A program made the translations under genes and the position numbers. Of a stretch of 64,000 nt of DNA, positions 8,841 to 20,976 are shown piece by piece. Within the stretch, counting starts at the first letter, position 1. Each line of letters starts with the position of its first letter. Under the pieces are notes generated by a model, which was not told the DNA's origin, did not search any database, and worked only from the letters and a program-made list of their open reading frames with translations. Where the stretch lies: positions 1,105 to 65,104 of the forward strand of contig DASYQJ010000251.1 of NCBI GenBank assembly GCA_036005605.1. Direction: 5' to 3'. The stretch is from Acidimicrobiia bacterium (GTDB lineage Bacteria > Actinomycetota > Acidimicrobiia > IMCC26256 > JACDBD01).

Positions 8841-11137
8841 AGCGCGTCGCCGCTGCCGCGGTCGTCGCCATGCTGGTGGTGCCGTTGCTCGTCGCCGCGA
8901 CCTCGGGTGCCGCGTCGGCGGGCACCGCCAAGCCAGAGGCGCGGCGTGTGCTGGTCGTCTCGCTCCCCGCCGTGACGTGGGAGGACATCGAAGCGCGCGT
9001 CGACGCGCTGCCGAACCTGACGCGGCTGCTCGACAGGTCCGCGATCGGGGGTCTCACCACCCGGACGATCGACCGGCAGACGAAGCTGGCCGACGGCTAC
9101 GTCACATTGGGCGCCGGCACGCGCTCGGTCGGAACCGACATGGAAAGCGACGGGGAGGGCTTCGAGGTCGGCGAGCCGTTCGCCGATACCACTGCCGGCC
9201 AGGTGTTCGAGCGCCGGACCGGCAGGACCGCCCGCGGCGGCCTCGTGAACCTGGGAATCGCCGGCATCGTCGACAAGAACAAGCAAGAGCTCTTTGACGC
9301 CGAGGTCGGCGCGCTCGGCGACAAGCTCGCGAGCTCGGATTGGTCGCGGGCCGTCATCGCGAACGGGGACGGCGAGGACACGGAGCAGCTCGTCGGCGGG
9401 TACTACCGCCGCCAGGCAGTCGCCGGGCTCATGGGCTCCGAAGGAGAGGTGCCCGCGGGCGCGGTCGGCCCCGAGCTCCTCGTCTCGGACGCCCAGGCGC
9501 CGTTCGGCCTGCGGTACGACAACGAGGCGGTTCTCCGCGCCTTTCGCAACGTGTGGCAGCCGCGCTCGGTCGTGCTGGTCGAGGCGTCCGATCTCGTGCG
9601 CGAGGACGCGTACCGCCCGTTCGCCACGCCGAACCAGCGCGCGGAGCTCCTCGGGCAGGCCCTCCGGCGCACGGACGAGCTGATCGGCGGGCTGCTCCGG
9701 GAGGTGGACCCCGAACGCGACGCCGTGATGGTCGTCGGCCCCGTCCATCCCTCGCGCGACGTGCAGCTGACGGTCGCCTCGCTGAAGGCCCCGGGCGTGA
9801 AGCCCGGCCTGCTGCGCAGTGGAACGACGCGCCGACCGGGGTTCGTGCAGCTCGTCGACATCGCGCCGACGATCCTCGACCGGATCGGGCTCAGCACACC
9901 CGACTCGATGGAGGGTCGCCCGTTCGAGGTGCGCGACGAGGGTGGTTCGGCATCCCAACGGCGCGACGGGATCGCCGATGCCGACAAGGCCGCCACCTTC
10001 CGCGACGAGATCGTCAGCGTCGTCGCCGTGTTGTTCGTCGTGCTCCAGGTCGCGCTCGTGATCGGCGCTCTGGTGTGGCTCGCTCGCCCCCGCCTGCGTC
10101 GCCTCGGGACGGCTCTCCATCTGGCCGCGCTTGCCGCGCTCGGGTTCGTCGCGGCGGTCCTCCTCGCACGGCTCCTGCCGTTCCACGACTACGGACACCT
10201 CGCATACTGGGCCGCGCTCGCGGCGGCATCGCTCGGGTTCGCCCTGCTCTATCGGTTCGCGGGCCGGCGCGACCCGCTCGTGTCGCTGATCATCGGCTTG
10301 GGCGTGATCGTCGCCGTGCTCGTCATCGACGTGCTCTTCGGCGCGCCGCTCCAGCTCAGCAACCCCCTCGGGTACTCGCCCCTCCTCGCGGCGCGCTTCA
10401 GCGGCTACGGAAACCTCGGGTACGCGGCGCTCGCCTCGGCGGCGGTGCTTCTGGCCGGGCTGCTCGCCCATCGGATCGGCGGCCGGCGCGGCGTCCTGAC
10501 CGCGATCGCGCTGCTCGTGGTGGTGTTCGTCGCCGACGGGGCGCCGATGTGGGGCTCGGACGTGGGTGGCGTCCTGTCGATCCTCCCTGCCTTCGCGGCC
10601 ACCGGGTATCTGCTGCTCGGGAAGCGGATCCGCCTCCGCACCGCGCTGCTCGGCCTCCTTGCCGCGGTGATCGCGCTCTTGGCCTTCGGTCTGTTCGACC
10701 TGACGCGTCCTTCCGACAAGCAGACCCACCTCGGCCGGCTGATCGAGACCACACAATCGCGTGGCTGGTCCGGCTTTTCGACGGTGATCGAGCGCAAGAT
10801 CTACGAGAACCTCTCGGTGCTCCTCGGCTCCACGTGGCTGCTCGTGGTGTTGGCGGTGCTCGGCTTCCTCGCGTACGTGTACTCGAAACGGCGCGACCGG
10901 CTGCAGGCGATCGTCGAATGGGTGCCGGAGCTGCGTGCCTCGTACGTGGGGTTCGCGATCGTCGCCACTCTCGGCTTCGCTGCCAACGACTCCGGAATCG
11001 CGGTTCCGGGCATGATGCTCAGCGTCCTGAACCCCACGATCATCGCCCTCTTGGTCCTCGCCCACCGTCGCGTCCCGCCGAGTGAAGAAGTGCCGGCCGA
11101 AGCCGAACCGGCCCCGGCGGCGGTCACCCGCGCGTGA
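8837..11137 (+). CDS. Large membrane protein: N-terminal extracytoplasmic alkaline-phosphatase-superfamily-like domain plus C-terminal polytopic domain
   Basis: GTG 8837 overlaps the murJ stop (GTGA). Signal/anchor VAAAAVVAMLVVPLLVAATSGAASA. The ectodomain has VLVVSLPAVTWEDI and VDIAPTILDRIGL. About 10 hydrophobic helices occupy the last 350 aa. High GC3. Confidence 0.7.
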   Translation: MKRVAAAAVVAMLVVPLLVAATSGAASAGTAKPEARRVLVVSLPAVTWEDIEARVDALPNLTRLLDRSAIGGLTTRTIDRQTKLADGYVTLGAGTRSVGTDMESDGEGFEVGEPFADTTAGQVFERRTGRTARGGLVNLGIAGIVDKNKQELFDAEVGALGDKLASSDWSRAVIANGDGEDTEQLVGGYYRRQAVAGLMGSEGEVPAGAVGPELLVSDAQAPFGLRYDNEAVLRAFRNVWQPRSVVLVEASDLVREDAYRPFATPNQRAELLGQALRRTDELIGGLLREVDPERDAVMVVGPVHPSRDVQLTVASLKAPGVKPGLLRSGTTRRPGFVQLVDIAPTILDRIGLSTPDSMEGRPFEVRDEGGSASQRRDGIADADKAATFRDEIVSVVAVLFVVLQVALVIGALVWLARPRLRRLGTALHLAALAALGFVAAVLLARLLPFHDYGHLAYWAALAAASLGFALLYRFAGRRDPLVSLIIGLGVIVAVLVIDVLFGAPLQLSNPLGYSPLLAARFSGYGNLGYAALASAAVLLAGLLAHRIGGRRGVLTAIALLVVVFVADGAPMWGSDVGGVLSILPAFAATGYLLLGKRIRLRTALLGLLAAVIALLAFGLFDLTRPSDKQTHLGRLIETTQSRGWSGFSTVIERKIYENLSVLLGSTWLLVVLAVLGFLAYVYSKRRDRLQAIVEWVPELRASYVGFAIVATLGFAANDSGIAVPGMMLSVLNPTIIALLVLAHRRVPPSEEVPAEAEPAPAAVTRA

Positions 11138-11988
11138 GCGTCCTCGTCGGCATCGTCGTCGGCGTCGTCACGGCGTGGTTCCTGCGCATCGCGGGCCGCG
11201 ACATGCTCGAGTTCCCGGCGCTGGAGCGCACCAACTACCGCGGCCTTCCGCTCCCGACCGCCGGCGGAATCGTCATCGTGCTCACCGTGCTCGTCATAGA
11301 AGCCGGGCGTGCGATCGCGGGCGCGGCCGGGCTGGGGGACGAGCCCGGTCTCACGCTGTCCCGCAGCCTCGTGCTGTTCGCCGCCTTCGGGTTCGGGTTC
11401 CTCGGATTCATGGACGACCTCCTCGGCGCGGGAGGGGATCGCGGCTTCCGCGGCCACGTGCGCGCCCTCGCCCAAGGGCGCCTCACGACCGGATTCGTCA
11501 AGCTGTTCGGTGGCGCGGGCGTCGCCGTCGTGCTCGTCGCGACGCCGGGCTTCGCGAGCGGCCGGCGGCTCATCACCGACGCCGTCCTCATCGCGCTGGC
11601 CGCGAACTTCGCCAACCTGCTCGATCTCGCCCCCGGTCGCCTCATCAAGGTGTCGTGGGTCCTGTACATCCCGCTCGCAGTGGCGCTCGGCACCGACGCG
11701 ATCGGGGTCGCGATCGCGCCCGTCATGGGCGCCGCCCTCGCGCTCCTTCCCGACGATCTCGGCGAGCGGCTCATGCTCGGCGACACCGGCGCCAACGTCA
11801 TCGGCGCCGTGTTGGGCCTGGGCGTCGTCCTCGGCCTCGGACAGACGGCGCGCACAAGCGTCCTCGTCGTGCTGATCGTCCTCAACGTGCTGGCCGAGAT
11901 CGTGTCGTTCAGCCGCGTGATCGAGCGCGTGCCTCCGCTGCGCGCCTTCGATCGCCTGGGGCAGCGCCCCGAGCGTCGCCACGCGTGA
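11134..11988 (+). CDS. Polyprenyl-phosphate sugar-1-phosphate transferase, MraY/WecA (GT4) family-like
   Basis: 284-aa polytopic protein. GFMDDLLG (DD motif) and ANFANLLDLAPG (divergent NxxNxxDGxDG-type motif). GTGA overlap with the upstream gene. Confidence 0.72.
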   Translation: MSVLVGIVVGVVTAWFLRIAGRDMLEFPALERTNYRGLPLPTAGGIVIVLTVLVIEAGRAIAGAAGLGDEPGLTLSRSLVLFAAFGFGFLGFMDDLLGAGGDRGFRGHVRALAQGRLTTGFVKLFGGAGVAVVLVATPGFASGRRLITDAVLIALAANFANLLDLAPGRLIKVSWVLYIPLAVALGTDAIGVAIAPVMGAALALLPDDLGERLMLGDTGANVIGAVLGLGVVLGLGQTARTSVLVVLIVLNVLAEIVSFSRVIERVPPLRAFDRLGQRPERRHA

Positions 11989-12000
11989 CGCGCGGCGGCT

Positions 12001-13452
12001 TCACGGACGGCAGGCGCGTTTCTCGTACAGGACGCGGGGGCCGCCGTAGCGCGCCGTCACCTCGTAGCCGACTTGGGCGAGACGAGGGCCGAGATCGAGG
12101 TTTGCGTAGCGGGACGTCCACACGAGCACGCCACACACGTCGGGTTTCGCCGCCGCGTTCTGGAGCTTCACCGCCGTGACCTGGCCCTGCTCGATCCGCT
12201 TGATGGACGAGTCGTCGAAGTACGGGACGGTCAGCCGGCCGGCACGCCACAGGAACCCGGGTTCGTCGCTGATCGCGAGGCTGCCGGCGGGAAGGTTGCG
12301 GAGCCCGTCGACGGCCGCGCTCTCTGCCTTGTTGTAGGGATCCGGCCACAGCATCGAATGGACGTTGCTCCAGTACCAAGGCATGACCAAGGCCGCGCCG
12401 ACGAGGAGAGCAACCAGCGGCGGCGGTCGCAGCGCGACGAGCAGCGCCAGCGGCGCGATGAGGAACGCCACGTGCGGGCGCCAGAACGCCGGCTCGTAGA
12501 CCAGCAGCGCGAACTGCACCACCAGCCAGAGCACGAGCACCGACGCAGGACGGAACAGCAACGGTCCGTTGGCAGGGGAGTCGGTCTGCGCCGCCCGCAC
12601 CCAACCGATGCGTACCAGGACCAGCATCGCCACGGTGAGGCCGGCGGCGACGAGCACGATCGGGTCGCGGTCGATCAGCGTGTGCAGGGCCTTGGTGACT
12701 GCGCCCGGGTACGACGTCAGCCGCGACGCCTCGCGGTTGTACACGACGGACTGGTCCCATACGCGCTGCAGACCCCAGGGGAGGGCGGCGCCGAGGGCGA
12801 CGACGACGGCCGCACCGACGGCGTAGACCAGATCGCGAGGACGCCGCCGGGAGAGCACCAGCAGCGCGACCACGAGCCCCGCCGGCGCCGCCAGCGCCTT
12901 GGCCGCGAGTGCGGCCCCGAGCAGAGCCCCGGCGGCGACGGCGCGGGCGCTTGTCGGCGCCTGGGTGTACCCGAACGAGACCGCCACCGCGCCGATGGCG
13001 AAGGCGAGGGCGGGGCCGTCCGAGGCGATCCCGGCCGTGGTCCAGAGGACCGACCCGCTCGTCGTCACGAGCACTGCTGCGACGATCGCCCCATAACGGG
13101 ACGTGATGCGCCGCCCGGCGGCGTACGTCACCACGGTGACGGCGGCGCCGGCGACGAGCGGCAGCACGCGGGGCGCGTTCGTCGTTCGGAGCCCGACGAG
13201 GTCGGCGATATACAGCAGCGGGAGGTGCAGGGGACCTTGGGGCGAGAACAGGTCGCGGAACGGGACGACGCCGTCGCGCATCTCGATCGCGGAGAGGCCG
13301 AAGAAGCCGTCGTCGTAGGTGAGGTGGCGGTTCGCGACGAAGGCCGGAATGCGTAACAGCACGGCGACGGCGCCGAGCACGGCGGCGTCGATCCACCACG
13401 TCCGCCGGTCGACGGCGGGGCGCGTTCGCTCCGCCGCCACCGGTCTCGCCAT
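12001..13452 (-). CDS. GT-C glycosyltransferase (family 39 / ArnT-PMT_2-like)
   Basis: 483 aa with at least 10 TM helices. Acidic first-loop motif HLTYDDGFFG, typical of ArnT/PMT-type enzymes. Confidence 0.75.
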   Translation of the reverse strand: MARPVAAERTRPAVDRRTWWIDAAVLGAVAVLLRIPAFVANRHLTYDDGFFGLSAIEMRDGVVPFRDLFSPQGPLHLPLLYIADLVGLRTTNAPRVLPLVAGAAVTVVTYAAGRRITSRYGAIVAAVLVTTSGSVLWTTAGIASDGPALAFAIGAVAVSFGYTQAPTSARAVAAGALLGAALAAKALAAPAGLVVALLVLSRRRPRDLVYAVGAAVVVALGAALPWGLQRVWDQSVVYNREASRLTSYPGAVTKALHTLIDRDPIVLVAAGLTVAMLVLVRIGWVRAAQTDSPANGPLLFRPASVLVLWLVVQFALLVYEPAFWRPHVAFLIAPLALLVALRPPPLVALLVGAALVMPWYWSNVHSMLWPDPYNKAESAAVDGLRNLPAGSLAISDEPGFLWRAGRLTVPYFDDSSIKRIEQGQVTAVKLQNAAAKPDVCGVLVWTSRYANLDLGPRLAQVGYEVTARYGGPRVLYEKRACRP

Positions 13453-13551
13453 CCGCGGAAGTTACCGCGCCATCCGCGTTTCACCGCGGCGCGCCGTGGT
13501 AAGTTCGGCGGTGTCCCCTGGTGCCCTCCCGCAGATCTGCGTTTTGGGTGA

Positions 13552-15815
<2,264 letters not shown>

Positions 15816-15842
15816 GGCGCTCGGCGTCGCCATCATCGGGAC

Positions 15843-16844
15843 ATGACCGGGATCGTCAGTGACGCCAGTGCGCCGCCGGACGAGTTGCTCGACCGCCTCC
15901 TCGTCGAGCATGACTCGTGGCTGGCGGTCGAGCGCGGGCTCGCCGCCAACTCGCTGGCTGCGTATCGCCGCGACCTGCGCCGCTACGCCGGCTTCCTCCG
16001 TGAGCGCGGCGAGCACGACCCGACTGCGGTCCGGGAGGAGACGGTCCTCGCCTACGTCGAGGACTTGAAGTCGGCAGTCGATGACGACGGAAATCCGCGG
16101 TACGCGCCCTCCTCGATCGCGCGGGCGTTGGTCGCGGTCCGGTCCTTCCATCGTTTCTGCCTCGAGGAGGGGTTCCTCGCCGTCGACCCGAGCGAGGAAG
16201 TCGGCGCGCCGCGGGTGCCGTTGGGCATCCCCAAGGCGCTCACCGAGGACGAGGTCGAGGCGCTCCTTGGTGCGGTGGTCGGTGACACGGCGCGGGCGCT
16301 GCGTGATCGCGCCATCGTCGAGACCCTGTACGCGACCGGGGTGCGCATCAGCGAGCTCGTTGGCCTCGACCGGCGCGACCTCGACCTCGACGACGGCCTC
16401 GTGCGCGTCCTGGGCAAGGGCGGCAAGGAGCGCATCGTCCCCGTCGGGCGCTCGGCTCGCGATGCGCTGACCGCCTACCTCGCCGCCGGGCGCCCCCAGC
16501 TCGCCCGTCCCGACCGCTCGGCCCGCGGCGGCGGCGAAGCGGTGATCCTTAATGTACGGGGTGGCCGGTTGAGCCGGCAGAGCTGCTGGAAGATCGTTCG
16601 CGCGGCGGGGGAGCGGGCGGGCTTGAGTGGGCGCCTGTCGCCGCACGTGCTGCGGCACTCGTGCGCGACCCACATGCTGGAGCGGGGCGCCGACATCCGG
16701 GTGGTGCAGGAGCTCCTCGGTCACGCCAGCCTCTCCACCACCCAGGTGTACACAAAGGTGTCACCCGAGCGGCTGCGAGCCGTCTACGAGGCGGCCCATC
16801 CCCGGGCCCGATTCCCCGAGAGCGCCGGCCGGGCCGAGCAGTAG
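15843..16844 (+). CDS. xerD: Site-specific tyrosine recombinase XerD
   Basis: N-terminal SAM-like domain (LAANSLAAYRRDLRRYAGFL). Catalytic region VLRHSCATHMLERGADIRVVQELLGHASLSTTQVYTKV. Confidence 0.92.
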   Translation: MTGIVSDASAPPDELLDRLLVEHDSWLAVERGLAANSLAAYRRDLRRYAGFLRERGEHDPTAVREETVLAYVEDLKSAVDDDGNPRYAPSSIARALVAVRSFHRFCLEEGFLAVDPSEEVGAPRVPLGIPKALTEDEVEALLGAVVGDTARALRDRAIVETLYATGVRISELVGLDRRDLDLDDGLVRVLGKGGKERIVPVGRSARDALTAYLAAGRPQLARPDRSARGGGEAVILNVRGGRLSRQSCWKIVRAAGERAGLSGRLSPHVLRHSCATHMLERGADIRVVQELLGHASLSTTQVYTKVSPERLRAVYEAAHPRARFPESAGRAEQ

Positions 16845-16855
16845 GCTTTTGGCCC

Positions 16856-17194
16856 ATGCCCGAGACGCTCCATCCGACGTTGCGCGACCGCCTGCAGGAA
16901 GAGCGGGATCGCTTGCACGACCAACTGCGCCAGATGGGCGTCGGCCCCGGCGGCAAGCTCGACTTCGACGACGGCTTTGCCGACTCGGGACAAGTCACCG
17001 CTGAGCGCGGTGAGGTCGAGGCGCTCGGTGGCACCCTCCTCGAAACCCTGGAGGAGATCGAGGACGCGCTGCGCAAGTTCGACGCCGGGACGTACGGCCG
17101 CTGCGAGTCGTGTGGCAACCAGATCGCCGAGGCGCGGCTCGAGGCCATGCCCGCAGCCCGGCTGTGCATCAACTGCGCGTCCAGCCGCCGCTGA
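16856..17194 (+). CDS. DksA/TraR family C4-type zinc-finger protein
   Basis: 112 aa from ATG 16856. Coiled-coil followed by CESCGNQI...(17 aa)...CINC. Confidence 0.8.
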   Translation: MPETLHPTLRDRLQEERDRLHDQLRQMGVGPGGKLDFDDGFADSGQVTAERGEVEALGGTLLETLEEIEDALRKFDAGTYGRCESCGNQIAEARLEAMPAARLCINCASSRR

Positions 17195-17210
17195 GCTCGA
17201 CCAACGCCAC

Positions 17211-17858
17211 TTGAGCGCCGAGGTCGAAGAGCGCCTCGTCTTCTTTGCCTGCCTGTTCCTGGCGATCATCCTGCACGAGATCAGCCACGGCGTCGTCGCG
17301 CTGTTCTTCGGTGACGACACCGCCAAACGCGCCGGCCGGCTCACGCTGAACCCGATCCCGCACATCGACCCGTTCGGCTCGATCATCCTGCCCGCCATGC
17401 TCACGATCACCGGCTTCGGCGCGTTCGGTTGGGCGAAGCCGGTCCCCGTGGACCCGACCAAGCTGCGGAACCCGCGCCGACAGATGCTCTTCGTCGGGCT
17501 CGCCGGCCCGGTGTCGAACTTCGCGTTGATGGTGGTGGCGGCGGTGGCTGCGCGCGCCGCGTTCGGCGCGTACACGGGCGACGCGTTCCGGATCGCGGAC
17601 TTGCCGCTCGTGATCCAGGTGCTGCTGTTCTTCGCGCTCGCGAACCTCATCCTCGGCCTGTTCAACCTGCTGCCGATCCCGCCGCTCGACGGCTCGTCGC
17701 TCATCGAGCGCGTGTTGCCCCGCGAGTGGCTGGCGGGCTGGTACCGGTTCCGCCCGTACGGGATCCTCGTGCTCTTGCTCGTCGGCCTGTCGACGAACCT
17801 GTTCGGCCGCCTGTTCTCACCGTTCATCGACGGGCTGTTCGACTTCATCGTCCAATGA
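17211..17858 (+). CDS. Site-2 protease family (M50) membrane metallopeptidase
   Basis: HEISH (HExxH) within a TM helix, RLTLNPIPHIDPFG, NLLPIPPLDG. Start TTG 17211 is inferred; upstream part of the tracked ORF is rejected. Confidence 0.78.
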   Translation: MSAEVEERLVFFACLFLAIILHEISHGVVALFFGDDTAKRAGRLTLNPIPHIDPFGSIILPAMLTITGFGAFGWAKPVPVDPTKLRNPRRQMLFVGLAGPVSNFALMVVAAVAARAAFGAYTGDAFRIADLPLVIQVLLFFALANLILGLFNLLPIPPLDGSSLIERVLPREWLAGWYRFRPYGILVLLLVGLSTNLFGRLFSPFIDGLFDFIVQ

Positions 17859-18385
17859 AGCCCGTCCATCTCGCCCGGCGGTTCGTTCGTGCGCTGTGGC
17901 CCGGCCGTCCACGGGCGCGGGATATCGCATGGGTCGAGAGCATCCTGGAGCCGACCGAGCTCGCGGTCTGGCACGAGCTGCCGAGGCACGACCAGCGGTA
18001 CACGATCCGCGTCGCCAAGCTCGTCGAGCAACGCCTCGCCGGCACCGAGTTCGCCGGTGACCCACGGTGGCTGGCGGCTGCCCTGCTCCACGACGTCGGC
18101 AAGCTCGACGCCGGTCTCGGCGTCGTGGGACGCAGTGCCGCAACCGTGCTGGGCGCGGTCGCGGGGCGGCCCCGCGTCGACCGGTGGGCGCACACGCCGG
18201 GCTTCCGGCGGCGGGCGGCGTGGTACCTCCGTCACGACGAGCGGGGCGCTGCCCGTATCCGGGCGGTGGGCGGGCGCGACGAAGCGGCGCGTTGGGCGCG
18301 GGCGCACCATCACCGCGATCGGTGGCCGGAGAGTGGCGTGCCGATCGCGGTCGCCGAGGCCCTCGAGGCCGCCGACAACTCCTGA
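17855..18385 (+). CDS. HD domain-containing protein
   Basis: 176 aa from ATG 17855 (ATGA overlap with the M50 stop). H...LLHDVGK motif. Confidence 0.72.
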   Translation: MKPVHLARRFVRALWPGRPRARDIAWVESILEPTELAVWHELPRHDQRYTIRVAKLVEQRLAGTEFAGDPRWLAAALLHDVGKLDAGLGVVGRSAATVLGAVAGRPRVDRWAHTPGFRRRAAWYLRHDERGAARIRAVGGRDEAARWARAHHHRDRWPESGVPIAVAEALEAADNS

Positions 18386-18386
18386 G

Positions 18387-19379
<993 letters not shown>

Positions 19380-19459
19380 CGGCTGAGGCTACCTGCGGCT
19401 TCGCTGAGAACCGTGCGGGATTGCCCGGTCTCGGCGAAGGGCTCCGGTACTCTCGCGGT

Positions 19460-19509
19460 GACGGTGGCTTTGCCGACCGTCGCTGCAAAGCCGGAGCTTG
19501 CGACGGCGA
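19460..19509 (+). promoter_or_regulatory. Conserved 5'-leader element, copy A (candidate H-type pseudoknot upstream of scpA)
   Basis: The 50-nt core is 47/50 identical to the reverse complement of 25925-25974. GGCTTTGC/GCAAAGCC forms an 8-bp stem, and loop CCGTCGC pairs with downstream GCGACGG. The element ends 7 nt before the GGAGAG SD of scpA. Confidence 0.4.
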
Positions 19510-19525
19510 CAATGGAGAGAGCGCA

Positions 19526-20353
19526 ATGTCGTACGAGGTGTCGACGTCTGTCTTCGAGGGCCCGTTCGACCTGCTCCTGCACCTGATCCTCAAGCAGGAG
19601 GTCGATCTGTGGGAGATCTCGCTGTCGCGGATCGTCGACGAGTACCTCGCCGAGCTCGAGCGCATGGAGAGCTTCGACCTCGACGTGACGACCGAGTTCC
19701 TGCTCATCGCGGCGACACTCGTCGATCTGAAGGCGCGCCGCCTCCTCCCGTCGCTGGAGGAGGTCGAGCTCGACGAGGAGCTCCTGCGCTTCGAGGAACG
19801 CGACCTCCTGCTCGCCCGTCTCCTCGAGTGCAAGACGTTCAAGGACGCAGCCCGCGCGATGGAGACACTCGTGCGGCGCGCCGATCGCAGCCTGGCGCGA
19901 CGCGCCGGCGCCGAAGAGCCGTTCGCGTCGCTCAAGCCCGATGCGCTCGACCGGGTGGCGCCGTCCACGCTGCTGGCGGCGGCCCTCCGCGGCTTGGCGC
20001 CGAAGCCGGCACAAGAGATCCAGGTCGACCACATCGCGCCGATCCGGGCCAGCGTGCGCGACGCCGTCGAGGTCGTCCTCGCCGTCCTGCCCGAACACGA
20101 CGCGCTCAGCTTCCGCCAGCTGGTCGCGGACGCGCCGACGCAACTCGAAGCGATCGTGCGTTTCCTCGCCATCCTCGAGCTCTACAAGCAGGGCGTCGTC
20201 GACCTCGAGCAGTTCGACACGTTCGGCGATCTGCGCGTGCGCCGTCTGCGGGAGGGCGAGACCGCGCTCGACGCGGCCAGCCTGGCCGAGTGGGACGAGC
20301 CCGACGGCACACCCGAGGACGCGCGCGAGACGGCGGCCTCGGAGCCCGAGTAG
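19526..20353 (+). CDS. scpA: Segregation and condensation protein A
   Basis: 275 aa from ATG 19526, with GGAGAG 6 nt upstream. FEGPFDLLLHLILKQEVDLWEISL kleisin N-terminus. Confidence 0.9.
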   Translation: MSYEVSTSVFEGPFDLLLHLILKQEVDLWEISLSRIVDEYLAELERMESFDLDVTTEFLLIAATLVDLKARRLLPSLEEVELDEELLRFEERDLLLARLLECKTFKDAARAMETLVRRADRSLARRAGAEEPFASLKPDALDRVAPSTLLAAALRGLAPKPAQEIQVDHIAPIRASVRDAVEVVLAVLPEHDALSFRQLVADAPTQLEAIVRFLAILELYKQGVVDLEQFDTFGDLRVRRLREGETALDAASLAEWDEPDGTPEDARETAASEPE

Positions 20354-20355
20354 CC

Positions 20356-20976
20356 GTGTACGACGACCCGCTCGACGAAGCCACCCAGAGCCTGCGTGCC
20401 CACGAGGCGCGCCGGGTCGTCGAGGCCGTCGTCATGGCGGCGACGGACCCCGTCGAGCCGAGCTTCCTCGCCCAGCTCGTCGAGCTGCCGGTCGCGAGCA
20501 TTGAAGAGCTGTGCCAGGAGCTCGCCGCCGAGTACGAAGCCGCGGGCCGTGGCTTCGTACTGGTGAAGGTGGCGGGTGGTTACCGATACCAGACCCACCC
20601 CGACCTGTCGCCGTACGTCGAGCGCTTCGTGCTCGAAGGACAGCACTCGCGGTTGTCCGCGCCCGCGTTCGAGACGCTCGCGATCCTCGCCTACAAACAG
20701 CCGATCTCGCGCGCGCAGATCTCCGCCATTCGAGGCGTCGACGTCGAGTCGGTCCTCAGCACGCTCCTGCGGCGCGGCTACATCGAGGAGGTCGGCCGCG
20801 ATCCCGGACCGGGGCAGGCCGTGATGTACGGGACGACGCGCGAGTTCCTCGAACGCCTCGGCCTCGACTCGCTGGCCGACCTGCCGCCGCTCGGTGACTT
20901 CGTGCCCGCCCCCGACGTCGTCGACGCGCTCGAGCGCGGTTTGCGCGTGTCCGACGACCCCGCGCCCAACCCGTAG
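20356..20976 (+). CDS. scpB: Segregation and condensation protein B
   Basis: 206 aa from GTG 20356. Winged-helix pattern ETLAILAYKQPISRAQISAIRGV. Follows scpA. Confidence 0.9.
   Translation: MYDDPLDEATQSLRAHEARRVVEAVVMAATDPVEPSFLAQLVELPVASIEELCQELAAEYEAAGRGFVLVKVAGGYRYQTHPDLSPYVERFVLEGQHSRLSAPAFETLAILAYKQPISRAQISAIRGVDVESVLSTLLRRGYIEEVGRDPGPGQAVMYGTTREFLERLGLDSLADLPPLGDFVPAPDVVDALERGLRVSDDPAPNP

Noticed and set aside
8390-11065. 891-aa minus-strand ORF
   Set aside because: It is antisense to the well-supported membrane-protein gene. Its extreme Arg/Gly/Asp/His-rich composition is typical of high-GC antisense frames, and it has no motifs.
13447-13510. Direct repeat GCCATCCGCG (x2, 23 nt apart) and a TAAGTT -10-like hexamer in the GT-C/pyrG divergent region, considered as an operator or promoter
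   Set aside because: The repeat is short, partly overlaps the GT-C start codon region, and no convincing -35 lies at proper spacing. Too weak to report as a feature.
16970-16984. A third partial copy of the twin element (GACGGCTTTGCCGAC) inside the DksA-like CDS
   Set aside because: Only 15 nt match, the 3' arm and S2 partner are missing, and it lies in a coding frame (FDDGFADSG). Judged coincidental.
19460-19509. Assignment of the twin element to a known small pseudoknot riboswitch (guanidine-III, ykkC/guanidine-I 3' end, preQ1, SAM-II) or to a T-box for trpS
   Set aside because: The conserved nucleotides I recall for those classes are absent. There is only a loose ACGGCG...GGAGAG resemblance to the ykkC 3' end and a CCGGUAC versus CCGUAC resemblance to guanidine-III. 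The downstream genes (scpA, ispH) do not fit those regulons. The wobble asymmetry argues against the trpS strand.
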